64,000 nucleotides of DNA from contig CAWAYZ010000014.1 of the NCBI GenBank assembly GCA_963786345.1, positions 45,557-109,556 on the forward strand, written 5' to 3'. This DNA is from an uncultured Acidimicrobiaceae bacterium (GTDB lineage: Bacteria; Actinomycetota; Acidimicrobiia; Acidimicrobiales; Palsa-688). Under the pieces are notes generated by a model. That model was not told the DNA's origin. It ran no database searches and saw nothing but the letters and a program-made list of their open reading frames with translations. Positions 39,701 to 47,664 of this stretch are shown in pieces. A program made the translations under genes and the position numbers. Numbering within the stretch: the first letter of the stretch is position 1; every line of letters begins with the position of its first letter.

Positions 39701-40398
39701 ACCCGTTTGACAATGAGCCGTCGACCGCCTCCACCGGGACCGGTCCGGCGAAGCCTTCCTGGCTCTCCTCGATCGACCACGGCGTTTCGATCGCTTCTGC
39801 CGTCCCAGCTCCTGAACCTGGAGCCTGGGCCCCAGCCGCTCCAACTGCGCCGCTGGCAGGCGGGGCTTCTTCGGAGATCAACCCAGCAAGCTTCACGCCA
39901 AGGTCTCCCGCCGAGATCAGCCCCGCAAGTTTCGCGCCGAAAACGCCCGACCTCGGCGTAGCCTCCCCGCTCGTCACCGGGCCCACCGTCGACGCCGGGT
40001 TCCAGCCGGCGCCGCCCGCGGCACCCGGACAAACGCTCCCGGCAACGCCCGCCTCGGCACCGACCTCCGCGACACCCATCGTCCCGACGGGCGCTGGAGC
40101 CCCAGCGCCCCCGACGGCTGCAGCCTCCTGGGACACCGTGCCTCCACGCGAAGGTGCGCCAACTGCCAGCGACCACGCCATCGGGCCCGCAGAACAAGCT
40201 CGCAACACTGCCGACGGTCTCCGCCGGTTAACCCGGCGTGTGCCGGGTGCATCGCTCCCCCAAGAGGACGGCTCCCTACGGCGGCCCACCCCAACATCGA
40301 CCACCCGCAACCCCCTTGGGCTGACAGGAGCCCTGTCGCAATACCTGTCGGCCACCGCTAATGAGGGCCGGCCCGAAAAGGAGCACAACGCAAGATGA
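36748..40398 (+). CDS. cvnA: conservon sensor histidine-kinase-like protein (CvnA-like) with a long Pro/Ala-rich tail
   Basis: N-terminal TM segment, a large extracytoplasmic region, a second TM plus a HAMP-like segment, and a HATPase region (LVENALTFSP...VIVIVDSGIGMS...GRYLGHFV). About 570 aa of P/A-rich low complexity follow. It is followed by roadblock, DUF742 and GTPase genes. Confidence 0.85.
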   Translation: MFRHIRSKLIAAFAVPLAILVAVAGLESVSALGQVNSVDQQTALASASVGPGGVVQALQREREFGELSIFAAAHKPAAALVGLSPSAGGFNQAPAEILEQTDAALSSFRSTVDHSGPQAEQIYTGAFGTLTALSTARGYWAKAATDVTTKTTNIVDYRSLATETYQSYTKMIDALVDATAQVPLLISDTTLRTGVEALYTGLQKTESDWQVVEDLVVASWEKGSAQTAQFATTNEDWGADLSWGQRLASLGTGTFQTAIGNLSLDQVGSALASDIGLIQTGAIPLLTSVLDAFTAPAGDTASTVNVTFTQLGENQIAAIVNDRANTLHNNAVIAAIEFGVLGAFGTILGFLLIALVSRSVSKPLIDLANQADKLATETLPATVKAILEAASSGAEPPKPPKVVVNSRDEVSEMARALEAVNKTAVELATGQAALRRNLADAFVNLGRRNQNLVTRQLEYISEIELKEADPESLEELFRLDHLATRMRRNAESLLILAGSGPARQWSAAVPAMDVARAASAEVEDYKRLRLHHFDPAMMTGAVTTDLVHIMAELVENALTFSPPGSPVDVYGRFLEGGYVIVIVDSGIGMSAEDLDLANHRLGGEGSESEVPGRYLGHFVAGRLAARHGIAISLQSSHSGGLVARVKIPASLIEEPVPDLSAVAEVRSALPPSYEPAAPAPPTPFEDRVFESPFVPLTPDEVENREEAESPAQASVVFEAPSPFEALPVFEAPAAFEAPPAFEAPTVFEAPAVSEAPAVSETPAVSETPPAVEDPVAYEAHAAYETPAVFEALANFEAARRSPEPAPSVESDTAPAGPFFASALGPPTLASRFGQQPDEKVAAGQDADGVVAEAPPSRATASNFEVGGEFGYRAEEATEEDHDHAVGAAASSDKQSGYLPDWAGEISDPAWDYGETELEEDAAQATSASDATAAPTIAPFDWAALAATDSPAPPKAAGSNGASSPVPAAPVPDAWDPMVTQKDTSNPFDNEPSTASTGTGPAKPSWLSSIDHGVSIASAVPAPEPGAWAPAAPTAPLAGGASSEINPASFTPRSPAEISPASFAPKTPDLGVASPLVTGPTVDAGFQPAPPAAPGQTLPATPASAPTSATPIVPTGAGAPAPPTAAASWDTVPPREGAPTASDHAIGPAEQARNTADGLRRLTRRVPGASLPQEDGSLRRPTPTSTTRNPLGLTGALSQYLSATANEGRPEKEHNAR
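38890..39140. repeat. approximately 21-nt degenerate tandem repeats encoding (V/A)FEAPxx heptads in the cvnA tail
   Basis: The translation reads VFEAPSPFEALPVFEAPAAFEAPPAFEAPTVFEAPAVSEAPAVSETPAVSETP...AVFEALANFEA. Confidence 0.8.
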
Positions 40399-40826
40399 GC
40401 TCAGACACGCTCAGCACGGACGTCAAAAACTTCAACTGGCTGCTTGACAATTTCGTCACGAGCAGCGCCGGTGTCTGTGATGCCGTAGCGGTTTCCTCGG
40501 ACGGGTTGCTCATGGCCATGTCCCATACGCTCGACCGTGCCGGGGCCGAACGGGTGGCCGCGATCATCTCCGGGATGGTTGGCCTTTCCCGAGGCGCTGC
40601 AAAGGCTTTCGGATGGCACCCGGTTCAGCAGATCATCATTGCAATGGACGGCGGGTACCTTTTCGTGTCCTCTATATCCGACGGCAGCAACCTCGGTGTG
40701 GTCGCAAACGCGGGTTGCGACATCGGGCTCGTCGGCTACCAGACCAACCTGCTCCTGGAAAAGATCGGCGCACTCCTGACCCCCGCGCTCATCGCTCAGC
40801 TGCGCGCACAAGTTCTAGTCCACTGA
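40395..40826 (+). CDS. cvnB: roadblock/LC7-domain protein (CvnB-like)
   Basis: 143-aa ORF with an ATGA overlap with cvnA. LLDNFV...V.DAVAVSSDGLLMA...ISGMVGL...IIIAMDGGYLFV is a roadblock/MglB-like pattern. Confidence 0.88.
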   Translation: MSSDTLSTDVKNFNWLLDNFVTSSAGVCDAVAVSSDGLLMAMSHTLDRAGAERVAAIISGMVGLSRGAAKAFGWHPVQQIIIAMDGGYLFVSSISDGSNLGVVANAGCDIGLVGYQTNLLLEKIGALLTPALIAQLRAQVLVH

Positions 40827-40845
40827 GCGACACGAAAGGGCCGCA

Positions 40846-41196
40846 GTGAGCGGACAAGATTCACCAAGGCAGCTGGGTCTCATCCGGCCCTTCATAATGA
40901 CGGGCGGCCGTACCGCCACGACCCGGCCCGGGCTGCGCTGGGAGACCCTCATCGAGGTCCTTGGCGACAGGTCCAGGCTTGCCAAGACCACAGAGCAGCG
41001 AACGGTCCTATCGCTAGCAGGACGGCCCATATCGATTGCCGAATTGTCAGCGTATATGCACCTGCCGACCCAGGTAGTCGCCATCCTGGTCGGGGACCTG
41101 CTGGATACTGGCGCTATCCGGATCCACCAAACAGACCCCGTCGAGATCGAACTGTCCGCCCTAACAAGGATGATAGAACGTGTCCGTGCTCTCTGA
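40846..41196 (+). CDS. cvnC: DUF742 protein (CvnC-like)
   Basis: 116-aa ORF with IRPFIMTGGRT and a C-terminal wHTH-like ISIAELSAYMHLPTQVVAILVGDLLDTGAI. Confidence 0.8.
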   Translation: MSGQDSPRQLGLIRPFIMTGGRTATTRPGLRWETLIEVLGDRSRLAKTTEQRTVLSLAGRPISIAELSAYMHLPTQVVAILVGDLLDTGAIRIHQTDPVEIELSALTRMIERVRAL

Positions 41197-41773
41197 AACG
41201 TCCAATCGCCATATCATGGCGGTCAAATTCGTCATCGCCGGCGGTTTTGGTGTTGGGAAAACGACATTTGTCGGTGCCATTTCTGAGGTGGAACCCCTCA
41301 CGACCGAGGCGGCTATGACGGTCGTGGCAACCGGGGTCGATGACCACAATGCCGTGGCTCAGACAACCAAGTTGACGACCACCGTCGCTATGGACTTCGG
41401 GCGGCTCACGGTCGACGAGTCCCTTGTCATGTACCTTTTCGGAGCGCCAGGGCAGGGCCGTTTCACCTTTATGTGGGATGACCTGATCAACGGCGCGCTC
41501 GGCGCTGTGGTTTTGGTCGACACGCGCCGGGTCGAGGACTGCTTCGCTGCAGTCGACTACTTCGAAAAGAAAGAGCTCCCCTTCGTCGTCGGTGTCAACT
41601 GCTTCGACGGCGCCGCTCACTACTCCCTGCACGAGATACGTGAAGCCCTTGGTATCCCGGGGGGCACACCGGTTTTCGAGATGGACGCACGCGACAAGGC
41701 TTCATGCCGGGACGCTCTGCTGGTGCTGCTCGAGCTGCTCGTCGCCCGCCTCACCGCCAAGTCCCCCTCATAG
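41180..41773 (+). CDS. cvnD: small Ras-like GTPase (CvnD-like, MglA-related)
   Basis: VKFVIAGGFGVGKTT (P-loop), LFGAPGQGRF (G3) and VGVNCFD (G4-like). The start overlaps the cvnC end, with alternative starts at 41186 and 41216. Confidence 0.88.
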   Translation: MSVLSETSNRHIMAVKFVIAGGFGVGKTTFVGAISEVEPLTTEAAMTVVATGVDDHNAVAQTTKLTTTVAMDFGRLTVDESLVMYLFGAPGQGRFTFMWDDLINGALGAVVLVDTRRVEDCFAAVDYFEKKELPFVVGVNCFDGAAHYSLHEIREALGIPGGTPVFEMDARDKASCRDALLVLLELLVARLTAKSPS

Positions 41774-41867
41774 CCTGACCGGGGCACCCTCCAGAGCCAC
41801 CGGCCAGGCGCTTCCCGGTGTGGCTTGTCGATCTCGGCGTGCCACGAGCCCAGAACTCCGCCCCTTT

Positions 41868-41947
41868 ACGCCAAGAAACACCTAACCGCGCCAAGAAACA
41901 CCTAACCGCGCCAAGAAACACCTAACCACGCCGAGAAACGTGTGGCC
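41868..41947. repeat. 20-nt tandem repeat x4 ((a/g)cgccaagaaacacctaacc; the 4th copy is degenerate)
   Basis: Three near-perfect copies (they differ only at the first base) at 41868-41927 plus a degenerate copy at 41928-41947. It lies in the gap between convergent cvnD and pilD. Confidence 0.9.
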
Positions 41948-42142
41948 CGCCGGCGTGAGACACCGGGTGGATGGCACGCCTGCCCGAGCCCGAGCATCTT
42001 AGGCAAATGGGTCTTGGTCCCGGCGCTCGCCCGTGACCAGGTCCTAGTGGAGCTGCAGCGGGCGCCAGGTTGACCTCGAAGGTCCCGCTCGCAGTTCTAC
42101 TCACAGTCGCAGGATAGCGCCAGGGTTAGTCGAGCGAGAGGA

Positions 42143-42940
42143 CTAGTGGACCTGGATCGTCGACACGTACCAATTGACGACCGGAGCGCCGCAGAGGGCT
42201 GAAAGAACGGCCCCGGTTGCCAGGAAAGTTCCAAAGGGGATCGGGGTGCGGCGGCCCGCCTTGCCGAGCGCGATCATCGTCACGCCCACCACCGAACCGA
42301 GCACGCTGGCGATGATGAAGCCCAAGAACGCATAGCCCGCTCCCAGCCAGCCGAGCCCGAAACCGATCAGCAGTGCGAGGCGGACATCGCCAAACCCAAG
42401 CGCTTTGGGCGAAACGAAGTTGATAGCGAAGAACAGCGCCCAGGGCACGACCGCCGAGATCGCTGCGATCAAAAGCCGGTGCCACTGGTTCCCACTTACG
42501 GTGCCGGCTACGAGGACCACCGCAAGGATGGTCAATGTCGCGTAAACGACCTTGCGCGGGAGGAGCAGGTGGTCGAAGTCTATGAACGCGAGAGCTACCA
42601 GGCCTCCCGCCAGTACCGCTTCCCCAATGCCGGTCCACGAGATACCAAAACGCAACCCGATCACGGCATAAATCACGCCGACAAGCGCCTCGACGGCCGG
42701 GTAGCGGGGCGAGACTGGCGCCTTGCAGGCTCGGCAATGCCCTCTCAGGACCAGCCACGAAACGACGGGGATATTGTCGAACGAGCGCACCCTGGCTCCA
42801 CAGCTCAAGCAGCCCGAGGGCGGTTTTACAATAGAACGCCCGGCTGGGACACGGTAGATGACGACGTTGGCGAACGACCCGACCAGCAAGCCGAACACGC
42901 CGAGTATTAGAGCGGCTAGAGCCCCCGATGCCAGGAGCAT
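42143..42940 (-). CDS. pilD: A24-family prepilin peptidase
   Basis: GSFANVVIYR, the zinc motif C..C...C..C (GCLSCGARV...GHCRACKAP), and a multi-TM body with GFGDVRL (catalytic Asp region). Confidence 0.9.
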   Translation of the reverse strand: MLLASGALAALILGVFGLLVGSFANVVIYRVPAGRSIVKPPSGCLSCGARVRSFDNIPVVSWLVLRGHCRACKAPVSPRYPAVEALVGVIYAVIGLRFGISWTGIGEAVLAGGLVALAFIDFDHLLLPRKVVYATLTILAVVLVAGTVSGNQWHRLLIAAISAVVPWALFFAINFVSPKALGFGDVRLALLIGFGLGWLGAGYAFLGFIIASVLGSVVGVTMIALGKAGRRTPIPFGTFLATGAVLSALCGAPVVNWYVSTIQVH

Positions 42941-43041
42941 CAGAGGCCGCCCTGAGCGCCCTGAGCGCGTACGGACGACACTTTCATACCACTGGTGATC
43001 GGCATATTTCCCTCGGCGACTTAATCGGGCGCTTCACGGGC

Positions 43042-44052
43042 CTATTGCAGTTCGGCCAAAGTTGCCAGGACAGCCTCCGCAGGTACACCTTGCACAACTT
43101 CGAGACCGGCCGGGCCGTCGAGCACGAACGTCAAACCGCCGCCCGTGACCTTCTTGTCACGTCCCATTGCGGCCAAGAGCGCTGCAAAGTCGGCCCCAGG
43201 CGGGAGCGAGGAAGGAAGGTCGTACCCCAACACCACGCGGTAGTGCTCGGCTACCCGCTGGTCGCCGATCCTGCCGAGCTGTCGCGCCAAACGGGCGGCG
43301 AAAACCAGGCCCACCGCAACGGCCTCACCATGGCGCAGGTCGTAGTTGCCCGTTTTCTCGAGCGCGTGGCCCAGGGTGTGGCCGTAATTGAGCAGTGCCC
43401 GCCCTCCTCCCCCTGTTTCCCGCTCGTCGCCGGCTACGGTCCTGGCCTTGCACTCAACGCAAGATGCGACTGCGTCCTCGAGTTCCATCTCGGCAAGCCC
43501 CGGCACTCCGAGGAAGGCGTACTTCGCCATCTCCCCGAGCCCGCTGCGGTACTCGCGCGGAGGCAGGCTGGAGAGCACCTCGGTGTCGCAGATCACCCCG
43601 ACCGGCTGCCAGAACGCTCCCACCAGGTTCTTGCCCTCGGGCAGATTGACCCCTGTCTTCCCTCCGATCGCAGCGTCCACCTGGGCGAGCAGCGTCGTGG
43701 CGACGTGAGCGACGGCGACGCCACGGTGGTAGACGGCGGCCGCGAACCCGGCGACATCGGTCACCACTCCCCCACCCACACCCACGACGATGTCTGCCCT
43801 TGTCAGGCCGAACTCCGCAAAGCCGCTGCAGAGCTCCTCGACGGTGCTCATGGACTTGGCTTTTTCGCCCTCGTCAATGACGAACGTACGCTGCTCTACG
43901 CCGGAGTCGACGTCCACGCCCACGCAAGGCTGGGTGACGATCGCGGCTCTCGTGGAGCGGCTCGGGACCACCGTTCGCAGCCCGTGCCGGGCACCAGGTC
44001 CCACGAGCACGGGGTAAGACCTTTCTCCCAGGTTAACCGTCAGCTCTCTCAC
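43042..44052 (-). CDS. aroB: 3-dehydroquinate synthase
   Basis: VGVGGGVVTDVAGFAAA, IGGKTGVN and LNYGHTLGHALE motifs. Confidence 0.93.
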   Translation of the reverse strand: MRELTVNLGERSYPVLVGPGARHGLRTVVPSRSTRAAIVTQPCVGVDVDSGVEQRTFVIDEGEKAKSMSTVEELCSGFAEFGLTRADIVVGVGGGVVTDVAGFAAAVYHRGVAVAHVATTLLAQVDAAIGGKTGVNLPEGKNLVGAFWQPVGVICDTEVLSSLPPREYRSGLGEMAKYAFLGVPGLAEMELEDAVASCVECKARTVAGDERETGGGGRALLNYGHTLGHALEKTGNYDLRHGEAVAVGLVFAARLARQLGRIGDQRVAEHYRVVLGYDLPSSLPPGADFAALLAAMGRDKKVTGGGLTFVLDGPAGLEVVQGVPAEAVLATLAELQ

Positions 44053-44081
44053 AGCAACTCCAACGGTAATGCGGCCCGGCG

Positions 44082-44633
44082 TCAGACCGGCGCCAGCAGC
44101 TCAAGCAGCCCGCGCGCCACCTGCCGAGAGGAAAGGCCATCGACGTCAACGACCAGGTCTGCAACCTCTTGGTAGTAGGCCTGCCGTTCCTCGGCGATCT
44201 GCGCCAAAGCCTCGAGCGGGCCCGCGACGCCCCGTCTCAACAGGGGGCGCCCGGCGCCCCTGCCGACTCTCCTGGCGAGGGTGGCTGGCATGGCACGCAA
44301 CCATACGACTGTGCCAAGGGAGCGGAGAGCGGCCCGGTTTGCCCCGCTCAGTACTGCGCCGCCACCCACGCTGGCAACCAACGGCCCGGTGACACCGCCA
44401 AGTTCACTGATCGCCTGGCTCTCGGCCGTTCGGAACGCCTCTTCGCCCACATCGGCGAACATCTGCGCAACCGTGCGGCCAGCCCGCCGCTCCACCATCT
44501 CGTCGGTGTCGACGAAGGGGCACCCAAACGCCTCGGCGAGCAACCTTGCCACCGTCGACTTGCCGGCACCCATCATCCCGACGAGAACTACACGCTGCGA
44601 GCCACGGTGGGCCGCTCGAACAGGCGCCGTCAC
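44082..44633 (-). CDS. aroK: shikimate kinase
   Basis: VVLVGMMGAGKSTV P-loop, FVDTD, and GGGAV motifs. Confidence 0.9.
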   Translation of the reverse strand: MTAPVRAAHRGSQRVVLVGMMGAGKSTVARLLAEAFGCPFVDTDEMVERRAGRTVAQMFADVGEEAFRTAESQAISELGGVTGPLVASVGGGAVLSGANRAALRSLGTVVWLRAMPATLARRVGRGAGRPLLRRGVAGPLEALAQIAEERQAYYQEVADLVVDVDGLSSRQVARGLLELLAPV

Positions 44634-44696
44634 CCTCGCAGCATGCCATACGCCCCATCACCGACGAGACTGGCGGGCAATGGACGGGCGTGGTCT

Positions 44697-44738
44697 CCAC
44701 AAACACGTCCCGTTCTTTTATGCGGGGCGGGTTTGTGG
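44697..44738 (-). terminator. hairpin downstream of the GGDEF-EAL gene (ccacaaac N26 gtttgtgg, with an inner GC stem)
   Basis: Perfect 8-bp outer inverted repeat read from the sequence. There is no U-tract. Confidence 0.3.
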
Positions 44739-44779
44739 TGCCATGACCGGCTGGAGCAGGAGCCGTCAATGAGTGGGCG

Positions 44780-47542
44780 TCAATCCCACGGCTGGGGGAC
44801 GCCGAATAGATAACCCTGGCCATGGGTGCAACCGAGGTCGCGCAGTACGTTCGCCTGCTGTTCGGTCTCTATGCCCTCGGCGATCGACTTGATGCCGAGG
44901 TCGCGGCACAGCTCGACCACGCGGTGCACGATCGCAGTAGTGCCCTGGTCGTGTGAGATCGGTGCCACGAAGCTCCGGTCGATCTTCACTGCGCTCACCG
45001 GCAAGTCCCGGAGCATCGAAAGCGACGAGTAGCCGGTCCCAAAGTCGTCGAGGGCGATCGACGCTCCCATGTGGGTGACTTCCGCCAGCTCCCGCAAGAC
45101 CGTCGTCGTCGTTTCCACAAGTGCCGACTCGGTTATCTCGAGGTGAAGGTTGGACGGGTCGATCCCGCTCGCCTGGACAGCCCGCTCTATTGCCGGCGCC
45201 AGCTGGCCACGTCCGAGCTGGCTCCCCGAGACGTTGACGGACATGAAACGGGGAACGCCGTCGGGCCGCTCGGTTGAACGAAGAGCTTGGGAACACACGT
45301 CCAGCATCCACCAGCCAAGCGGCACGATGAGGCCTGAGCGCTCCGCGAGCGGCAAGAAATCGGCCGGCGCCACGAGGCCCCTTTGCGGGTGCTGCCAACG
45401 GACCAGCCCTTCGTGGCCGACGACGCTCAGGTCAGAAAGCTGGACGATGGGTTGGAAGAACGGCACCAGTCCCTGCCTGTTCTCCAGGGTCGAGCGGAGC
45501 TCACCTTCCAGCTTGAGGTCGGCGACCGTGGCCGGGCTGTCCTGCGCCGGGTCGTACACCTCTACGCGGCCCCGTCCCCTCGCTTTGGCCCGCAGCATGG
45601 CCTCGTTGGCTTCCCGTAACACTTCGTCCGGGTGGCGGTGCCACGGTTTGCTGGCTGTGACGCCGACGCTCACACCCACAGCGTGCTGGTGCCCGCGGAC
45701 GTTGAACGGGGCGGCCAGGACCGACGCCACCGACGCCGCCATCTGGCGCAAGCCTGCAGGGTCCGAGGAATCCAGGCACACCAGGACGAACTCGTCGCCG
45801 AAGAACCGGCCGAGGGTGCACCTCCTCGGCAACCTGCTGACCAGGCGCCTCGCGACCGCCTGCAGAAGCTCGTCGCCGGCTCCCCGCCCAAGGCTGTCGT
45901 TTACGGTCTTGAACCGGTTGAGGTCGCAGTAGGCAACCCCGAACGAGCGGTTGACGCGCAGCAGCTCAGAGATGTAGTTGTCTATGAAGGCGCTATTGGG
46001 CAGGTCGGTGAGCGGGTCATGGAGCGCCTGGTAGGCACGTACCTGCTCGGCGAGCTTGCGTTCGGTTATGTCCTGCACTTGGGCGACTATGCGCCTGAGC
46101 ACCCCCTGCTCGTCGCGGGCGACCGCCACCTCGATATGCGCCCAGAGCCCTCCTCCCTCCCGGCGCTGGAACCGCCTTTCCAGGATGAGCCTTTCACGGG
46201 AGCCTGCGGTGAGGTCGTCGAACAACAAGCTGAGTGCTGCGGCGTCGTCGGGTTGGAGGACTTCGGCGAAGTTGAGCCCCTCGATCTCGGCGCGTGTTCG
46301 GTCCAGCATGTCCGCAAGGGACTGGTTGCAACGCGCAATGGTGCCGCTCGGGTCCAGGATGGCGGCGCCGATCGGGCTGTGGTCGAAGGCAAGTTGCCAA
46401 TGGAGCTCGGCCTCTTTCAGCCGGAACCGGTGTTCGCGCAAGACAGTTTCGCTGACCCCGTTCAACCTCATGAGCCTGAGCAGTTCCTCCCGGTGAGCGA
46501 TCAGGCATGCGCTGACGATTACGAACGAAGCGATAGAGGTCCAACGCACGAAGGCGCTGGGCGCTCCTCCACGCGCGAAATAGTTGGCCGCCACCGCCAC
46601 AGCGCTGAGCAGCACGATATAGGGCACCACAGCCTGCAGCTGGCCTTCCAGCTGGTCGCGCCGGTCGGACCGGGCAACGCGCGGCGCCAACGTCGAGACA
46701 GTCATCAGGAGGAACCCGGCGAACCAACCGGTATCCTCCCAACCGCCTGTGTGGAACGAGCCAGAAAGAGCATCTCGAACGTAGTGGCCATCGCCGATCG
46801 CCAGCGCAGCGAACCCTACCCCCAGGACCAGCAAGACCTGCCGGGCTGGCGCAGTTGCCCGGCTCAATGCGAACAACACCGTGGTCGCGACCACCAGCTC
46901 CGCCACCAGACGCGCCACTGTCGCGGCGACGGTGAGGCTCGAGATGCCCGTTTGGACGCGCAGCCGGTGCAGGACCAGCAAGTACACGATTATGAGCACT
47001 GAGGCGACGATGAGCAGCCCGTCCAAGAGCGACGTCAACACTGCGTCACTGCGGCGGGCGACGGCCGACAGCGACATCGCCGCCGCGACTTCCAACGGAG
47101 CCGCGGCCAAGAACCCCGTCGTGACGATGGATCCCGCGCCGACGTGGTTGTTGAGGACGACCTCAGCCACCGTCCGTGCGACTTCGCTCAAGGCCCACAC
47201 CACAGCCGCCCCAGCCATGAAGGCCCAGCCGAGCCGGGCGGTGCCGGAGGCCTTCCGGGCTGCGTTTGCGGTCGCAACGCTGGCCGCAAGTGCTGCGAGG
47301 GCCTGGCCTCCGTCGTCTACGGCCATCGTTGCCCTACCCCCGAGGAGCCGGGTGGTTATCACCAACGCAAATACGCCCGTCAACGCTCCGGTCAGCACCA
47401 ATGACCTCGACTGGTCTGTCCAAGCGAGGAGGCGGCGTCCCAGATCCTGACGGCGTCCCTTCAGCGGAGGCTCTCCGCCGGGCAGCGCGTATACAGCAGC
47501 CGCCGGTGCAGCCTCACTACTGGACATCATGTCTATTATCAT
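44780..47542 (-). CDS. membrane-anchored PAS-GGDEF-EAL signalling protein
   Basis: About 300 aa of hydrophobic N-terminus, then a PAS-like region. The GGDEF domain has DLNRFKTVND and FGDEF in place of GGDEF. The EAL domain has QPIV, EGLVR, NVS, EITES, DDFGTGYSSL, KIDRSF, EGIETE and QGYLFG. Confidence 0.9.
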   Translation of the reverse strand: MIIDMMSSSEAAPAAAVYALPGGEPPLKGRRQDLGRRLLAWTDQSRSLVLTGALTGVFALVITTRLLGGRATMAVDDGGQALAALAASVATANAARKASGTARLGWAFMAGAAVVWALSEVARTVAEVVLNNHVGAGSIVTTGFLAAAPLEVAAAMSLSAVARRSDAVLTSLLDGLLIVASVLIIVYLLVLHRLRVQTGISSLTVAATVARLVAELVVATTVLFALSRATAPARQVLLVLGVGFAALAIGDGHYVRDALSGSFHTGGWEDTGWFAGFLLMTVSTLAPRVARSDRRDQLEGQLQAVVPYIVLLSAVAVAANYFARGGAPSAFVRWTSIASFVIVSACLIAHREELLRLMRLNGVSETVLREHRFRLKEAELHWQLAFDHSPIGAAILDPSGTIARCNQSLADMLDRTRAEIEGLNFAEVLQPDDAAALSLLFDDLTAGSRERLILERRFQRREGGGLWAHIEVAVARDEQGVLRRIVAQVQDITERKLAEQVRAYQALHDPLTDLPNSAFIDNYISELLRVNRSFGVAYCDLNRFKTVNDSLGRGAGDELLQAVARRLVSRLPRRCTLGRFFGDEFVLVCLDSSDPAGLRQMAASVASVLAAPFNVRGHQHAVGVSVGVTASKPWHRHPDEVLREANEAMLRAKARGRGRVEVYDPAQDSPATVADLKLEGELRSTLENRQGLVPFFQPIVQLSDLSVVGHEGLVRWQHPQRGLVAPADFLPLAERSGLIVPLGWWMLDVCSQALRSTERPDGVPRFMSVNVSGSQLGRGQLAPAIERAVQASGIDPSNLHLEITESALVETTTTVLRELAEVTHMGASIALDDFGTGYSSLSMLRDLPVSAVKIDRSFVAPISHDQGTTAIVHRVVELCRDLGIKSIAEGIETEQQANVLRDLGCTHGQGYLFGVPQPWD

Positions 47543-47554
47543 ACACTTGATCTG

Positions 47555-47583
47555 GTAACAGTCAAACTGTAAGATATTGTTAC
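47555..47583. promoter_or_regulatory. nested palindromes in the TetR / GGDEF-EAL divergent spacer (candidate operator)
   Basis: GTAACA (47555-60) N17 TGTTAC (47578-83) encloses ACAGT-CAA-ACTGT (47558-70), in the only AT-rich stretch of the 122-nt spacer. Confidence 0.4.
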
Positions 47584-47664
47584 ATGGACCAAGTAGTCCT
47601 TTCCGCGTCGACCGGGGGGCAGGTGAGCCGGGCTGCCCAACAGGCCGGCTTATCCTGAGGACCC

